Both the position numbers and the translations under genes were made by a program. Below the pieces are notes generated by a model. That model saw only the letters and a list, made by a program, of their open reading frames with translations, searched no databases and was not told where the DNA came from. A stretch of DNA of 64,000 nt from an uncultured Bacilli bacterium (GTDB lineage Bacteria > Bacillota_I > Bacilli_A > RF39 > UBA660), in NCBI GenBank assembly GCA_910585045.1, contig CAJUCD010000006.1:12580-76579 (forward strand). The letters run 5' to 3'. Of this stretch, positions 48,818 through 58,468 are shown piece after piece (within the stretch, counting starts at the first letter, position 1; each line of letters opens with the position of its first letter).

Positions 48818-49519
48818 ATGATAAAGTATGAAATATCTTTGAAGGATATAGATTTTAATTATTTTCATTTTACAAAAAAGAAGAATATTATTTCTATTGA
48901 AGAAAAAGGTTTGTTACCAAAAAAATCTTTTCATGCTCAATCTTTGGAGGTTACGAAAAAGGTGTTTTTTGTAGAAGGGTTAGATAATCTTTTAATATTA
49001 TTTGATTGTTGGATAAATATTTGTGAAAAATATCCACTTATTCCAGGGTTTTTTAATATAGGTACAAAAATTAAAGGAAAGAATATATTTTCAAAGTTAT
49101 TTATTAAAGCTTATTTTAAATGGATAGAATTTAATAAATTACATAAGTTTGTTTCATATAAATATTTTGATAGATTTTTAAAAAAATATATATTACTTAA
49201 TATAGATGTTAAAGAAGGCTTAGACTTTAGTTTTGATGATATGGATCAGATAAAAGCTAAGGGGTATGATAAGTATTTTTTGATGAAAGCTGGTTATTCT
49301 TTAAAGTATTCAAATTTGGATTCTATAAAAATGGATAAATGGAATTTACATACTTTTTCAAATCATGGTGTAGATTCTAAAAAAATAAAATTATGTTATA
49401 TTAATGGTTCTTATAATATGTTGGATATAATTAAATATGCTTTGGCTAACTCTAAGTTAGATGTAGAAAATATTTGTCCTGTTCTTTGGGGTTATTTAAA
49501 AACAAGAAAAATATTATAA
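48818..49519 (+). CDS. hypothetical cytoplasmic protein (233 aa)
   Basis: ORF with GAGG RBS; no reliable motif; weak resemblance of the N-terminus (YFHFTKKKNIISIEEKGLLP) to DarT-like/DUF4433 starts. Confidence 0.45.
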   Translation: MIKYEISLKDIDFNYFHFTKKKNIISIEEKGLLPKKSFHAQSLEVTKKVFFVEGLDNLLILFDCWINICEKYPLIPGFFNIGTKIKGKNIFSKLFIKAYFKWIEFNKLHKFVSYKYFDRFLKKYILLNIDVKEGLDFSFDDMDQIKAKGYDKYFLMKAGYSLKYSNLDSIKMDKWNLHTFSNHGVDSKKIKLCYINGSYNMLDIIKYALANSKLDVENICPVLWGYLKTRKIL

Positions 49520-49573
49520 AAAAATACTAAATTTTAAAATTTTGGACAAATTAATATAGAGGTTTAGATATTA

Positions 49574-50329
49574 ATGAAGAAATTTAGAATTAGTAATATT
49601 TTTTTAATAGTTATAATTTTTCTTATAAGTAGTTCTTTAATAAATGAATTGTTTTTGGGCTTTTGGGATAAAGTTTTTTTGTGTGCTTTTTCCTTGATAT
49701 TATTAATAGTTTTAAAATTTGTTCAGTATAAATTTAAGTTTTTTTTATCTAATACTTTAGAATTATTAATTTGTTGTTTTATATTTTTAACAAGTATTTT
49801 AGGAGAAGTTTATAATTTTTATACACTTATTTCTTGGTGGGATATTTTAGTGCATTTTTTTAGTGGAGTATTAGGAGTTGCTGTTTGTTTTGCTTTTTTA
49901 AGGCTCGTTTTTAAAAATTGTTCTAAAGGTGTTTCTTATATTTTATTAATTGTTTCTATTTGTTTTAGCATTACTATTGGAGTAATGTGGGAATTTGGTG
50001 AATATTATACAGATAAATATTTAAATTGGGATGGTCAGAAAGATACTATATTAACTAAAATATCTTCGATAAAATTAGATGCTAGTAAAAATAGTAAGCC
50101 AGTTGTAATTAAAGATATTTCTAAAACAACTTTGTATAATAAAGAAGAGCAAGAATTAGCAATTATTAAAGGAGGTTATTTAGATATAGGGCTTAATGAT
50201 ACAATGTTGGATTTAATGATAGCATTTCTAGGCTCAAGTATGTATGTGGCTTTTATAATTATGTTTTTGAAGTTTAGTAATATTGATTCTTATCAAAAAA
50301 GATTTGGCATTGTAAAATTAAATAGATAA
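49574..50329 (+). CDS. hypothetical membrane protein (5-6 TM)
   Basis: Hydrophobic helices throughout; GAGG RBS. Confidence 0.45.
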   Translation: MKKFRISNIFLIVIIFLISSSLINELFLGFWDKVFLCAFSLILLIVLKFVQYKFKFFLSNTLELLICCFIFLTSILGEVYNFYTLISWWDILVHFFSGVLGVAVCFAFLRLVFKNCSKGVSYILLIVSICFSITIGVMWEFGEYYTDKYLNWDGQKDTILTKISSIKLDASKNSKPVVIKDISKTTLYNKEEQELAIIKGGYLDIGLNDTMLDLMIAFLGSSMYVAFIIMFLKFSNIDSYQKRFGIVKLNR

Positions 50330-50380
50330 TGTCATAAAAAGATACTTAAAGCGTACAGTTAATTAGAGGTGTTATTTGTT

Positions 50381-51529
50381 TTGAAAAAAGTTTTTATGTT
50401 TTTATTTAGTTTAGCATTTTTAATTCCAATTACTTTTGTAAATGCAGAGGATTCTTTAAATTTAGAAAGTGAATCAGCTATTTTAATTGATTACGCAAGT
50501 GGAAAAGTATTATATGAAAAAAATGCAGATGCAAAGCTTCCAATGGCTAGTATGACTAAAATTATGAGTATGCTTTTAATTATGGAAAATATTGATAATG
50601 GTAACTTAAATTATAATGATAAAGTAGTTATAAGTAAAAATGCAAGTGGAATGGGTGGTTCGCAAGTTTTTTTACAAGAAGGGGAAGAATATAAATTAGA
50701 AGATTTATTAAAATGTATAGCTGTTTCTAGCGCTAATGATGCAGTGGTGGCAATGGCTGAAAAGATAAGCGGAAGTGTAGAAGCATTCGTAGAGTTAATG
50801 AATAAAAAAGCAAAAGATTTAGGGTTAGAAAATACAAATTTTGCTAATCCACATGGTCTTGATAATGAAAATCATTATTCAACAGCGAGAGATATGGCAA
50901 AGATGGGGCAAGAGTTACTTAAATATCAGGATATACTTAGATTTACTTCTATTTATGAAGATTATTTGACTAAACCAGATGGCTCACAAGTGTGGCTAGT
51001 TAATACAAATAGATTAGTAAGATTTTACGACGGAGTAGATGGTTTGAAAACAGGATATACAACTGATGCAGGTTATTGTCTTACAGCAACAGCTAAAAAA
51101 AATGATTTGCGACTTATAAGTGTAGTTATGAAAGCTAGTAGTGGTGATAGTCGTAGTAAAGATACTGCTACTTTGTTAACTTATGGATTTAATTCTTATA
51201 AAAATGTAATTATTTATTCTAAAGATAAAGAATTGGGAGAAGTTCAAGTAGTTAATGGTCGAGTAGATAAGGTTAAGGTTTATTTAAAAGAAGATGCAAC
51301 ACAGTTGCTTGGAGTTACAGAAAAACCTAAGGATTACAGTTTTAATATTAAAGCCTCTAAAATAAAAGCTCCTATTAATAAAAATACAGTTGTAGGTACA
51401 GTAGAAATAATTGATAATGAAGGAAATATTGTAAGAGAAGTTGATATAATTATAAAAGAAGAATTAGAAAAAGCTAATTTTTGGAATTATTTAAGAAGAA
51501 ATTTAAAATTAATAACTAGTGGAAAATAG
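50381..51529 (+). CDS. D-alanyl-D-alanine carboxypeptidase (peptidase S11, PBP5-like)
   Basis: Signal peptide; SxxK (ASMTKIMS), SAN (SSANDA) and KTG (LKTGYT) motifs; TTG start with AGAGGTG RBS. Confidence 0.8.
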   Translation: MKKVFMFLFSLAFLIPITFVNAEDSLNLESESAILIDYASGKVLYEKNADAKLPMASMTKIMSMLLIMENIDNGNLNYNDKVVISKNASGMGGSQVFLQEGEEYKLEDLLKCIAVSSANDAVVAMAEKISGSVEAFVELMNKKAKDLGLENTNFANPHGLDNENHYSTARDMAKMGQELLKYQDILRFTSIYEDYLTKPDGSQVWLVNTNRLVRFYDGVDGLKTGYTTDAGYCLTATAKKNDLRLISVVMKASSGDSRSKDTATLLTYGFNSYKNVIIYSKDKELGEVQVVNGRVDKVKVYLKEDATQLLGVTEKPKDYSFNIKASKIKAPINKNTVVGTVEIIDNEGNIVREVDIIIKEELEKANFWNYLRRNLKLITSGK

Positions 51530-51577
51530 TCAGTCTATGATTGACTTTTTAAATTTTAAAAATTATAATTTAATTAT

Positions 51578-51663
51578 GCAAGAGTGGCGGAATGGTAGAC
51601 GCACTACTTTGAGGGGGTAGCGAGTGAATACTTGTGGGAGTTCAAATCTCCTCTCTTGCACCA
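51578..51663 (+). tRNA. tRNA-Leu (anticodon GAG), long variable arm
   Basis: gcaagagtggcggaatggtagacgc...anticodon arm ctact-ttGAGgg-ggtag...gagttcaaatctcctctcttgcacca. Confidence 0.85.
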
Positions 51664-51810
51664 TATTGATTGATACTCGAACTTTTTATTTGATAGTAGT
51701 AAATATTAACTAGAAGTATTGCCTAGTTTTTTTTATTATTTGAGAATGGAAGTTAATAAATTATAGATGGTTTTAAGGTGTTAGAGCTTGATAATTCTTT
51801 TTTTGAATTA

Positions 51811-51839
51811 TTGAATTTCAAGTGAAAAATGTTATAATT
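51811..51839 (+). promoter_or_regulatory. consensus-like promoter ~290 nt upstream of the next ORF (long leader or small RNA?)
   Basis: TTGAAT, 17-nt spacer, TGtTATAAT. Confidence 0.4.
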
Positions 51840-52123
51840 TAACTGTAATAAAAAAATCATAAATTTTTGGAGATTGCTAAAATAAGTAGAGAACTTTTAC
51901 AACTATATGATAAATTTCTTAAATGAATGTAAAGGTTTATGTTTTTGAATAAAATTATGATTATTTTTTAATACTTTCAATCAAATGGTTTAAGAATTAA
52001 TTAAATATATACTTTAATATTTAAAGTTTAAGTTTTATTTTACTTAAATTTGTGTTAAATTATTTCTATAAATTGAATTGGTAATTAAAAAAACGATATT
52101 GTAAACTTATTTAGGAGAATATT

Positions 52124-52678
52124 ATGAAAATCAAAAATAAATTAGAAAGTCCAAAAAAGATTAATGAATTGAAACTTAATAAATTTCCTGAACAAATATT
52201 TAAAAAAGGGGAAGAATATAAAGTTAAGAAATTTTTGGAAAATTATCCAGTAGCATATTATGCCATTAGAGATAAATCTAAATCTTGTGGAGTTTTTAAA
52301 TTAAAGGTTACTAAAGAAAATGTTTTAGAAGAAATTAAGGAATATAGTCTTTTTTCTATTAATGTTAGTTCTGCAAATTATTCTAATAATCAGTTGTTAG
52401 TAGGAGAAATTGAGTTTTTATCAAATGGCGAAATATATGCTACTTTGTCTACTGATTCTAAAGCATCTGTTCGAGATGCGCTTTGTAATCCAACGTATAA
52501 TTTAAAAACTAATATATTTGATAGAAGTTTAGACAATATTCCATATTTTGATTATATTTATAATTATATTATTTCTAAGGGGCTTATGGATGTTATTGTG
52601 GAATTTTCATTGTTTGATAAAGAAGTTGGTATTAAGAAAGAAAAAATTGTAGTTTATGAATTAAGAACTCATTATTAA
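52124..52678 (+). CDS. hypothetical protein (184 aa)
   Basis: ORF with GGAGAA RBS. Confidence 0.45.
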   Translation: MKIKNKLESPKKINELKLNKFPEQIFKKGEEYKVKKFLENYPVAYYAIRDKSKSCGVFKLKVTKENVLEEIKEYSLFSINVSSANYSNNQLLVGEIEFLSNGEIYATLSTDSKASVRDALCNPTYNLKTNIFDRSLDNIPYFDYIYNYIISKGLMDVIVEFSLFDKEVGIKKEKIVVYELRTHY

Positions 52679-52774
52679 ATAAATACTATGAAAGATAACG
52701 TAAAAGTTAATCTTTTTTTATTGACAAGATGTTATATACTGTTATATACTACATATAACAGTTATGGAGGTAAT

Positions 52775-53152
52775 ATGAAAATTATTATAAGTAATAATAG
52801 TGCAATTCCAATATATGAGCAAATAAAAAATGCCATAATTAATGGGATAATTAATGGTGATTTGCAGGAAAATGAAAGTTTGCCTTCAATTAGAACATTA
52901 GCTCAAGATATAAGAATAAGTGTAATGACAATAAAAAAAGCTTATGATGAACTTGAAAATGAAGGTTATATAATTACACGGCATGGAAAAGGTAGTTTTG
53001 TAGCTCCTAAAAATATTGAATTAGCTATGGAGCAAGCTAAAAAAGAAATAGAAGCAAATATAATTAAAATTTTAGAAATTGCTAATAAATTTGAGATAAG
53101 TAAAGAGGAAATAAAAGATTTGTTTGATTATTTAGAGGAGGAAGAAAAATGA
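52775..53152 (+). CDS. GntR-family (YtrA-like) transcriptional regulator
   Basis: Winged HTH LPSIRTLAQDIRISVMTIKKAYDELENEGYIITRHGKGSFV; GGAGGT RBS; followed by ABC ATPase and permease (ytrABC-like). Confidence 0.75.
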   Translation: MKIIISNNSAIPIYEQIKNAIINGIINGDLQENESLPSIRTLAQDIRISVMTIKKAYDELENEGYIITRHGKGSFVAPKNIELAMEQAKKEIEANIIKILEIANKFEISKEEIKDLFDYLEEEEK

Positions 53153-54009
53153 AGAAAGCTATAGAGTTAAAAAGCGTAGTTAAAAGATATGATGATAAGT
53201 TTCAATTAGGCGAAATAAGCTTAGATATACCTAGTGGAATTATTGTAGGCTTGATTGGTGAAAATGGAGCTGGAAAAACTACTCTTATAAATTCTATTTT
53301 AAAAATTCTAAAAATTGATAATGGTAATATTAAAATATTTGGAAAAGATTTAACACAAGAAGATGGGATTATTAAAGAGGATATAGGTGTAGTATTAGAT
53401 GATATGTTTTTACCGGAAATTCTTTTTGTTAAAGATATTAATTTAATAATGAAGGATATTTATAAAAGATGGGATGTTGGTTTATTTGCTAAATATTTAA
53501 AAGAATTTGGTATTTTAGAAAATAAACAAATTAAAGCTTTGTCAAAAGGAATGAGAAAGAAACTTGAGATAGCAACAGCTTTAGCTCATCATCCAAAACT
53601 TTTAATTTTAGATGAACCTACAAGTGGATTAGATCCCATAGTTAGAAACGAAGTATTGGATATATTTTTAAAATTTATTAGTGATGAAGAACATACTATT
53701 TTATTGTCAACACATATAACTAGTGATTTAGAACATATTGCAGATAAAATAATTTTTATAGATAAAGGGCAAATTATTTTAAATGAAGATAGAGATAATA
53801 TTATGGATAATTATAAAATTCTTAAATGTGAAATAGATTATTTTTCAAATATTGATAAGAAAGATATTATTGCATATAAGAAAAATAAATATAATTATAA
53901 TATTTTAATTAATGATAAAAATGGTATAAGTAAAAAATATAAAGAGGCTATTGTAGATAAAATAACATTAGAAGATTTGATGGTTTTAGTAATTAAGGGT
54001 GATAAATAA
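53149..54009 (+). CDS. ABC transporter ATP-binding protein
   Basis: Walker A GENGAGKTT, ABC signature LSKGMRKKL, Walker B LLILDEPTSGLD. Confidence 0.85.
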   Translation: MKKAIELKSVVKRYDDKFQLGEISLDIPSGIIVGLIGENGAGKTTLINSILKILKIDNGNIKIFGKDLTQEDGIIKEDIGVVLDDMFLPEILFVKDINLIMKDIYKRWDVGLFAKYLKEFGILENKQIKALSKGMRKKLEIATALAHHPKLLILDEPTSGLDPIVRNEVLDIFLKFISDEEHTILLSTHITSDLEHIADKIIFIDKGQIILNEDRDNIMDNYKILKCEIDYFSNIDKKDIIAYKKNKYNYNILINDKNGISKKYKEAIVDKITLEDLMVLVIKGDK

Positions 54010-54641
54010 TGAAAGGTTTGATAAATAAAGATTTGTTGATGGTAAAAAGTAATTTAAAAATGTTAGGAATGGTTTTTATAGCTTTTATTTTAATGGCTTT
54101 AAATGACATGAGTAATTTCTTTTTTATACCAGCATTTTTAAGTATAACTATTATGATGTCAACTTTTAGTTATGATGAATATAATAAAACTAATGCTTTT
54201 GTAATTACACTTCCAAAAGGAAGGGAGAATGCTGTTAAAGCAAAATATTTGGCTACATTATTAATAGTTTTAATTTCAATAATATTAACATTTAGCATTT
54301 ATTTTATAGTTGGTTTTATTAAGAATAATGTAGATATTGAGGAGTTATTTGTTAGTGCTTTAGGTTGCGGAGTAGGTATTATATTATTAGAAGCTATATT
54401 ATATCCTTTTATTTTTAAATTTGGAATTGAAAAAAGCAGAATTGGTATGTTTGTTGGTGTTTTTATTATAGTTGGTATTATTACATTAATATTTAAAAGT
54501 AATATTTCTATTAAAGTACCAGAGTTAATTGTAACTTTATTTGATAAATGTTGGTTTATAATAATTCCAATGTTAATAGTATTAATCTTATTAGTTTCTT
54601 ATAAAATATCTAAAAATATTTATTTGAAAAAAGAATTTTAA
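54009..54641 (+). CDS. ABC-2-type permease-like membrane protein
   Basis: 6 TM helices; overlapping ATGA junction with the ATPase gene. Confidence 0.5.
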   Translation: MKGLINKDLLMVKSNLKMLGMVFIAFILMALNDMSNFFFIPAFLSITIMMSTFSYDEYNKTNAFVITLPKGRENAVKAKYLATLLIVLISIILTFSIYFIVGFIKNNVDIEELFVSALGCGVGIILLEAILYPFIFKFGIEKSRIGMFVGVFIIVGIITLIFKSNISIKVPELIVTLFDKCWFIIIPMLIVLILLVSYKISKNIYLKKEF

Positions 54642-54811
54642 AATTAGCTCTAAAGTTAAATGCTTTAGACTTTTTTTTACTTTGATATATATTTGATGTA
54701 TAATATTAAGGGTAAAGTGATAAATTTGTTGAATATTCTTAAAAATAGACGAAAGTTTAGTTTAAGTATAAATTTATTTTAAAGTAAAATTATGTTAAAA
54801 GGAGGATTAAA

Positions 54812-55480
54812 ATGAAGTTATGTATATCATCTTTTGGTTTTACGACTAAAGAAATCGCACTATCTGTTGAAAAGCTAATAGGAAAATCACTAAGTGAAGT
54901 AAATATTGCAATTGTTTATGATGCAGCTTTGGCATCATGTGGTAATAAAAGATGGTTTATAGAGGAATCTGCTAATATTGCAAATTTTATTGGAGGAAAT
55001 ATTTACTTTGTAAGTATTTTAAAATTTAGTGCGGAAGAAATAAAAAAAAGTTTTATTAATGCTGATATTATTTATTTGATGGGAGGTAAAAAACATTTTT
55101 TAGCAGGGTTATTTCGTCAAACTAATACAATAGATTTACTTAAAGAAATAACTCATGAAAAAGTAATTATGGGTACATCTGCTGGTTCTATGGCATTATG
55201 TAGACAAATTACAAGCGTTAAATTTTGGCAAGAAAGATATAATGTTTCTAAGGATGAGATAATAAAGAAACCAGAACTAGATATAGTTGATTTTAGTATT
55301 GTGCCACATTTTATGCGAGAAGACCATTTGTTATGGGATGAAAAATTTTTAAAGAGAGTGTTAAATGATAATCTATATCCAGTTTATGCTTTAAATGATA
55401 ATCAAGCTATAATTTATGATAATGGCAATATATCTTTTGTTGGAGGAAATCCTCTTGTATTTGGGAAACGTGATAAATGA
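54812..55480 (+). CDS. peptidase S51 (dipeptidase E / cyanophycinase-like) family protein
   Basis: IYLMGGKKHFLAGL and IMGTSAGSMALC blocks. Confidence 0.55.
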   Translation: MKLCISSFGFTTKEIALSVEKLIGKSLSEVNIAIVYDAALASCGNKRWFIEESANIANFIGGNIYFVSILKFSAEEIKKSFINADIIYLMGGKKHFLAGLFRQTNTIDLLKEITHEKVIMGTSAGSMALCRQITSVKFWQERYNVSKDEIIKKPELDIVDFSIVPHFMREDHLLWDEKFLKRVLNDNLYPVYALNDNQAIIYDNGNISFVGGNPLVFGKRDK

Positions 55481-56208
55481 AAACATTATGGAGTCCTTGG
55501 CATGGCTGTCATAAGTGTAGTCCTGGTTGTGCTAATTGTTATGTTTATTATTTAGATAAAATACGAGATAAAGATGCAAGTATTGTTAATCGTAGTAAGA
55601 CTAATTTTAATTTACCTTTAAAAAAGAATAGAAAAGGAGATTATAAAATTCCTAGTGGAACTGAAGTGGCTACTTGTTTTACATCAGATTTCTTTTTGGA
55701 AGAAGCAGATTCTTGGCGATATGAAGCATGGGAGATAATAAAGAAAAGAAGAGATGTTAATTTTTTAATATGTACTAAAAGAATTGAAAGATTTGATGTT
55801 TCTTTACCAAAAGATTGGCATGAAGGATATTCTAATGTAATTATAGCTGTTACGGCAGAAAATCAAAAAATGGCTGATATAAGAGTTCCTATTTTATTAA
55901 ATATTAAAGCAAAAAGAAAAATGATTTTAGTAGCACCCATTTTAGAATATGTAGATTTAAAACCATATTTAAAAACTGGAGAAATAGAACAGGTATCTGT
56001 AGGAGGAGAATCTTATCAAAATGCAAGAGTGTGTGACTTTAGTTGGATAAAAAAAATATATTTAGATTGTAAATTATATAATGTTAAATTTGATTTTCAT
56101 CAAACAGGTTCTAGTTTTTTGAAAGATGGGAAGTTGTATAAAATTAAACATCATGAGGAGTATCAACAGGCTAAAAAAGGAATGCAAGTTTTAGCTCAAT
56201 TAAAATAA
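55477..56208 (+). CDS. DUF5131 (phage Gp37/Gp68 family) protein
   Basis: N-terminal WSPWHGCHKCSPGCANCYVYY is the hallmark of this family; overlaps the S51 gene stop. Confidence 0.6.
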   Translation: MKTLWSPWHGCHKCSPGCANCYVYYLDKIRDKDASIVNRSKTNFNLPLKKNRKGDYKIPSGTEVATCFTSDFFLEEADSWRYEAWEIIKKRRDVNFLICTKRIERFDVSLPKDWHEGYSNVIIAVTAENQKMADIRVPILLNIKAKRKMILVAPILEYVDLKPYLKTGEIEQVSVGGESYQNARVCDFSWIKKIYLDCKLYNVKFDFHQTGSSFLKDGKLYKIKHHEEYQQAKKGMQVLAQLK

Positions 56209-56274
56209 AGTAATATTATTGACAATAAATGTATTTTATATGATAATTGAGTTAGAAGTAGAGGCGAATAGAAA

Positions 56275-57180
56275 ATGGAATTTATAATTGTAGAGATTGG
56301 AAGTACTAATACAAAGGCTTTTATTAATAAGGGAGAAGATTTAGAATCTTTAGGATTTGTAACTATTGAATTTAAAGATAATTTTAAAAAAGAAAATAAA
56401 ATAGCTGATAGTGATAAGGAAAAGTTATTTAATTATATTGCAGAATTAAAGAAGAAATGTACTAATATTTATGTTTATGGAACTAGTGTTTTTAGAAATC
56501 TTGATGATGAGGCTAAAAAATTATGGTTAGAAGAATTTAGAAATAGAACTGGTTATGATTTTACTATAGTTAGTAGTGAAAAAGAAAATAGATATACTAC
56601 TTATGGAGCTTTTGATAAATCTTATAAAGGTAGTATAGCCATTATGATTGGTGGAGGAGCTTCTACAGAATTAGCAATTTTTGATAATGGAGAATTGGTA
56701 GAGGAACAATTTTATAATTTTGGTGTAACTAGTGCTACAGATAAATTTCCTGATATTAGAAGCGATAAGGTTCAAAGTGATTATAAAGATATGTTAGAGT
56801 ATATGAAAAGTTTAATAGATAATCCTGCAGAGCATAAAGCAGATGTTTTAGTACTGGCAGGAGGCGACCATATTTATTTTGCGGAAGGTGCTAAATATCC
56901 TATACAGAAGAATAAGTTTTACGATAATAAATTGCATCCCTATTATATGGAAATAGCAGATTGTGATAAAGAGGATCAAAAATTTTTTTATGAAACTTCT
57001 TTAGATGAAATATGTCATAGAACTAATAAAGAGTCATGGTGGCGTGGTGTACGTGGAATGCGTTTATGTGTAAAGACTTTATGCGATATGTTGGATGTTA
57101 AATATGTAATTCCAACAAGTATTAATATGATTTATGGAATAGCAGAGGAAATAAAAAATGAAAACAGAGATAGAAGCTAG
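56275..57180 (+). CDS. ASKHA-fold (actin-like ATPase) protein, possibly Ppx/GppA-type phosphatase
   Basis: N-terminal IIVEIGSTNTKAF phosphate-1 loop, second IMIGGGASTELAIF loop. Confidence 0.35.
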   Translation: MEFIIVEIGSTNTKAFINKGEDLESLGFVTIEFKDNFKKENKIADSDKEKLFNYIAELKKKCTNIYVYGTSVFRNLDDEAKKLWLEEFRNRTGYDFTIVSSEKENRYTTYGAFDKSYKGSIAIMIGGGASTELAIFDNGELVEEQFYNFGVTSATDKFPDIRSDKVQSDYKDMLEYMKSLIDNPAEHKADVLVLAGGDHIYFAEGAKYPIQKNKFYDNKLHPYYMEIADCDKEDQKFFYETSLDEICHRTNKESWWRGVRGMRLCVKTLCDMLDVKYVIPTSINMIYGIAEEIKNENRDRS

Positions 57181-57691
57181 AATTTTAGATATTAATAAAG
57201 AAGAATTAATTAAAAAATTAGAAAATATGGGAGCAACATTTGTTAATAATTATGAACAAAAAAGATATGTTTATGATTTTAAACCTGCAGTAAAAGGAAA
57301 GTGGATAAGGCTTCGAAGTGATGGCGAACATTCAACTCTTACAATAAAAGAAATTAATAATGATAAAATAGATGGAACAAAAGAATTAGAAATTTTAGTA
57401 AGTGATATTGATGATACTAATTTAATATTAGAAAAGTTAGGATATAAAGCTCGCAGTTATCAAGAAAATAGAAGAATAAGATATGTATATAATAATATTG
57501 AAATAGATATTGATTCTTGGCCTTTAATTCCTACTTATGTTGAATTTGAAGGAACAAGTGAAGAAGAAATAAGAGAGTTTGTAAAATTATTAGGATATAA
57601 AACTAGTGATTTAACCACTTTAAATGTTAATAAGATATATGAGTATTATGGATTAGATATTGATTCTTATGCAGTTTTAAAATTTGATTAA
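57158..57691 (+). CDS. CYTH-domain (triphosphate tunnel metalloenzyme / CyaB-like) protein
   Basis: N-terminal EIEARILDINKEEL (ExExK) and mid TLTIKE; 23-nt overlap with the upstream gene. Confidence 0.6.
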   Translation: MKTEIEARILDINKEELIKKLENMGATFVNNYEQKRYVYDFKPAVKGKWIRLRSDGEHSTLTIKEINNDKIDGTKELEILVSDIDDTNLILEKLGYKARSYQENRRIRYVYNNIEIDIDSWPLIPTYVEFEGTSEEEIREFVKLLGYKTSDLTTLNVNKIYEYYGLDIDSYAVLKFD

Positions 57692-57853
57692 ATAAGGAAG
57701 AAATTCTTTATTTTTTTTAATACCATGGTATACTATTTATAAGGTAATATATATAAAAATTAATAATGTTAAAGTTGGTTGACAAATTTCAAATTAAAGT
57801 TGGTAGTGTGCAACTCTTTAATTTAGTAGAATGATTTTGAGGTGAGAAAATAT

Positions 57854-58468
57854 ATGTCTATTGGAGAAAAAATTTATAGTTTACGCAAAAGTAAAAATAT
57901 GAGTCAAGAAGATTTAGCTAATGTTCTTAATGTTTCAAGACAAACAGTTAGTAAATGGGAAACTGGGGAGTCTAATCCTGATATTGAAAAAATAGTGCCT
58001 TTGTGTGATTTTTTTGATATTTCAACTGATGAATTATTGAAAGGAAGTAATTCTTATTTAGAGCGGGAAATAGTTTTGGAGAAAAAAAGAAATAAAGCAC
58101 TTACTATGTCGCTTTGTATTGTAATATTTGTTGTGATGATGATTATTATGATGATATTTGATGAGATTGGTGTTAGTGATTCTTTAATGGCGACAATTAT
58201 ATTAATTGGTTTGGGGTCTATTTCTATAATATTAGTTTATTATTTTACTGCTCAGCCAGTTAATAATAGAAAAATAAAATTAGGTATGAATTTAGAAAAA
58301 AGAAAATTAATTAATTCGATTGTTAATATGTTAACTGTAATAATTTATTTTTTAGTAAGTTTTTTGTTTCAAGCTTGGGCTGTATCATGGATAATTTTGA
58401 TAATTGGAGCATTAATTAAGAGAATTATAGAATTAGTAGATATTTTAAGGAGAGAAGAAAATGAATAA
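57854..58468 (+). CDS. membrane-bound XRE-family transcriptional regulator (HTH plus 3 TM)
   Basis: HTH IYSLRKSKNMSQEDLANVLNVSRQTVSKWETGESNP; C-terminal TM helices; GAGGTGAG RBS. Confidence 0.7.
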   Translation: MSIGEKIYSLRKSKNMSQEDLANVLNVSRQTVSKWETGESNPDIEKIVPLCDFFDISTDELLKGSNSYLEREIVLEKKRNKALTMSLCIVIFVVMMIIMMIFDEIGVSDSLMATIILIGLGSISIILVYYFTAQPVNNRKIKLGMNLEKRKLINSIVNMLTVIIYFLVSFLFQAWAVSWIILIIGALIKRIIELVDILRREENE

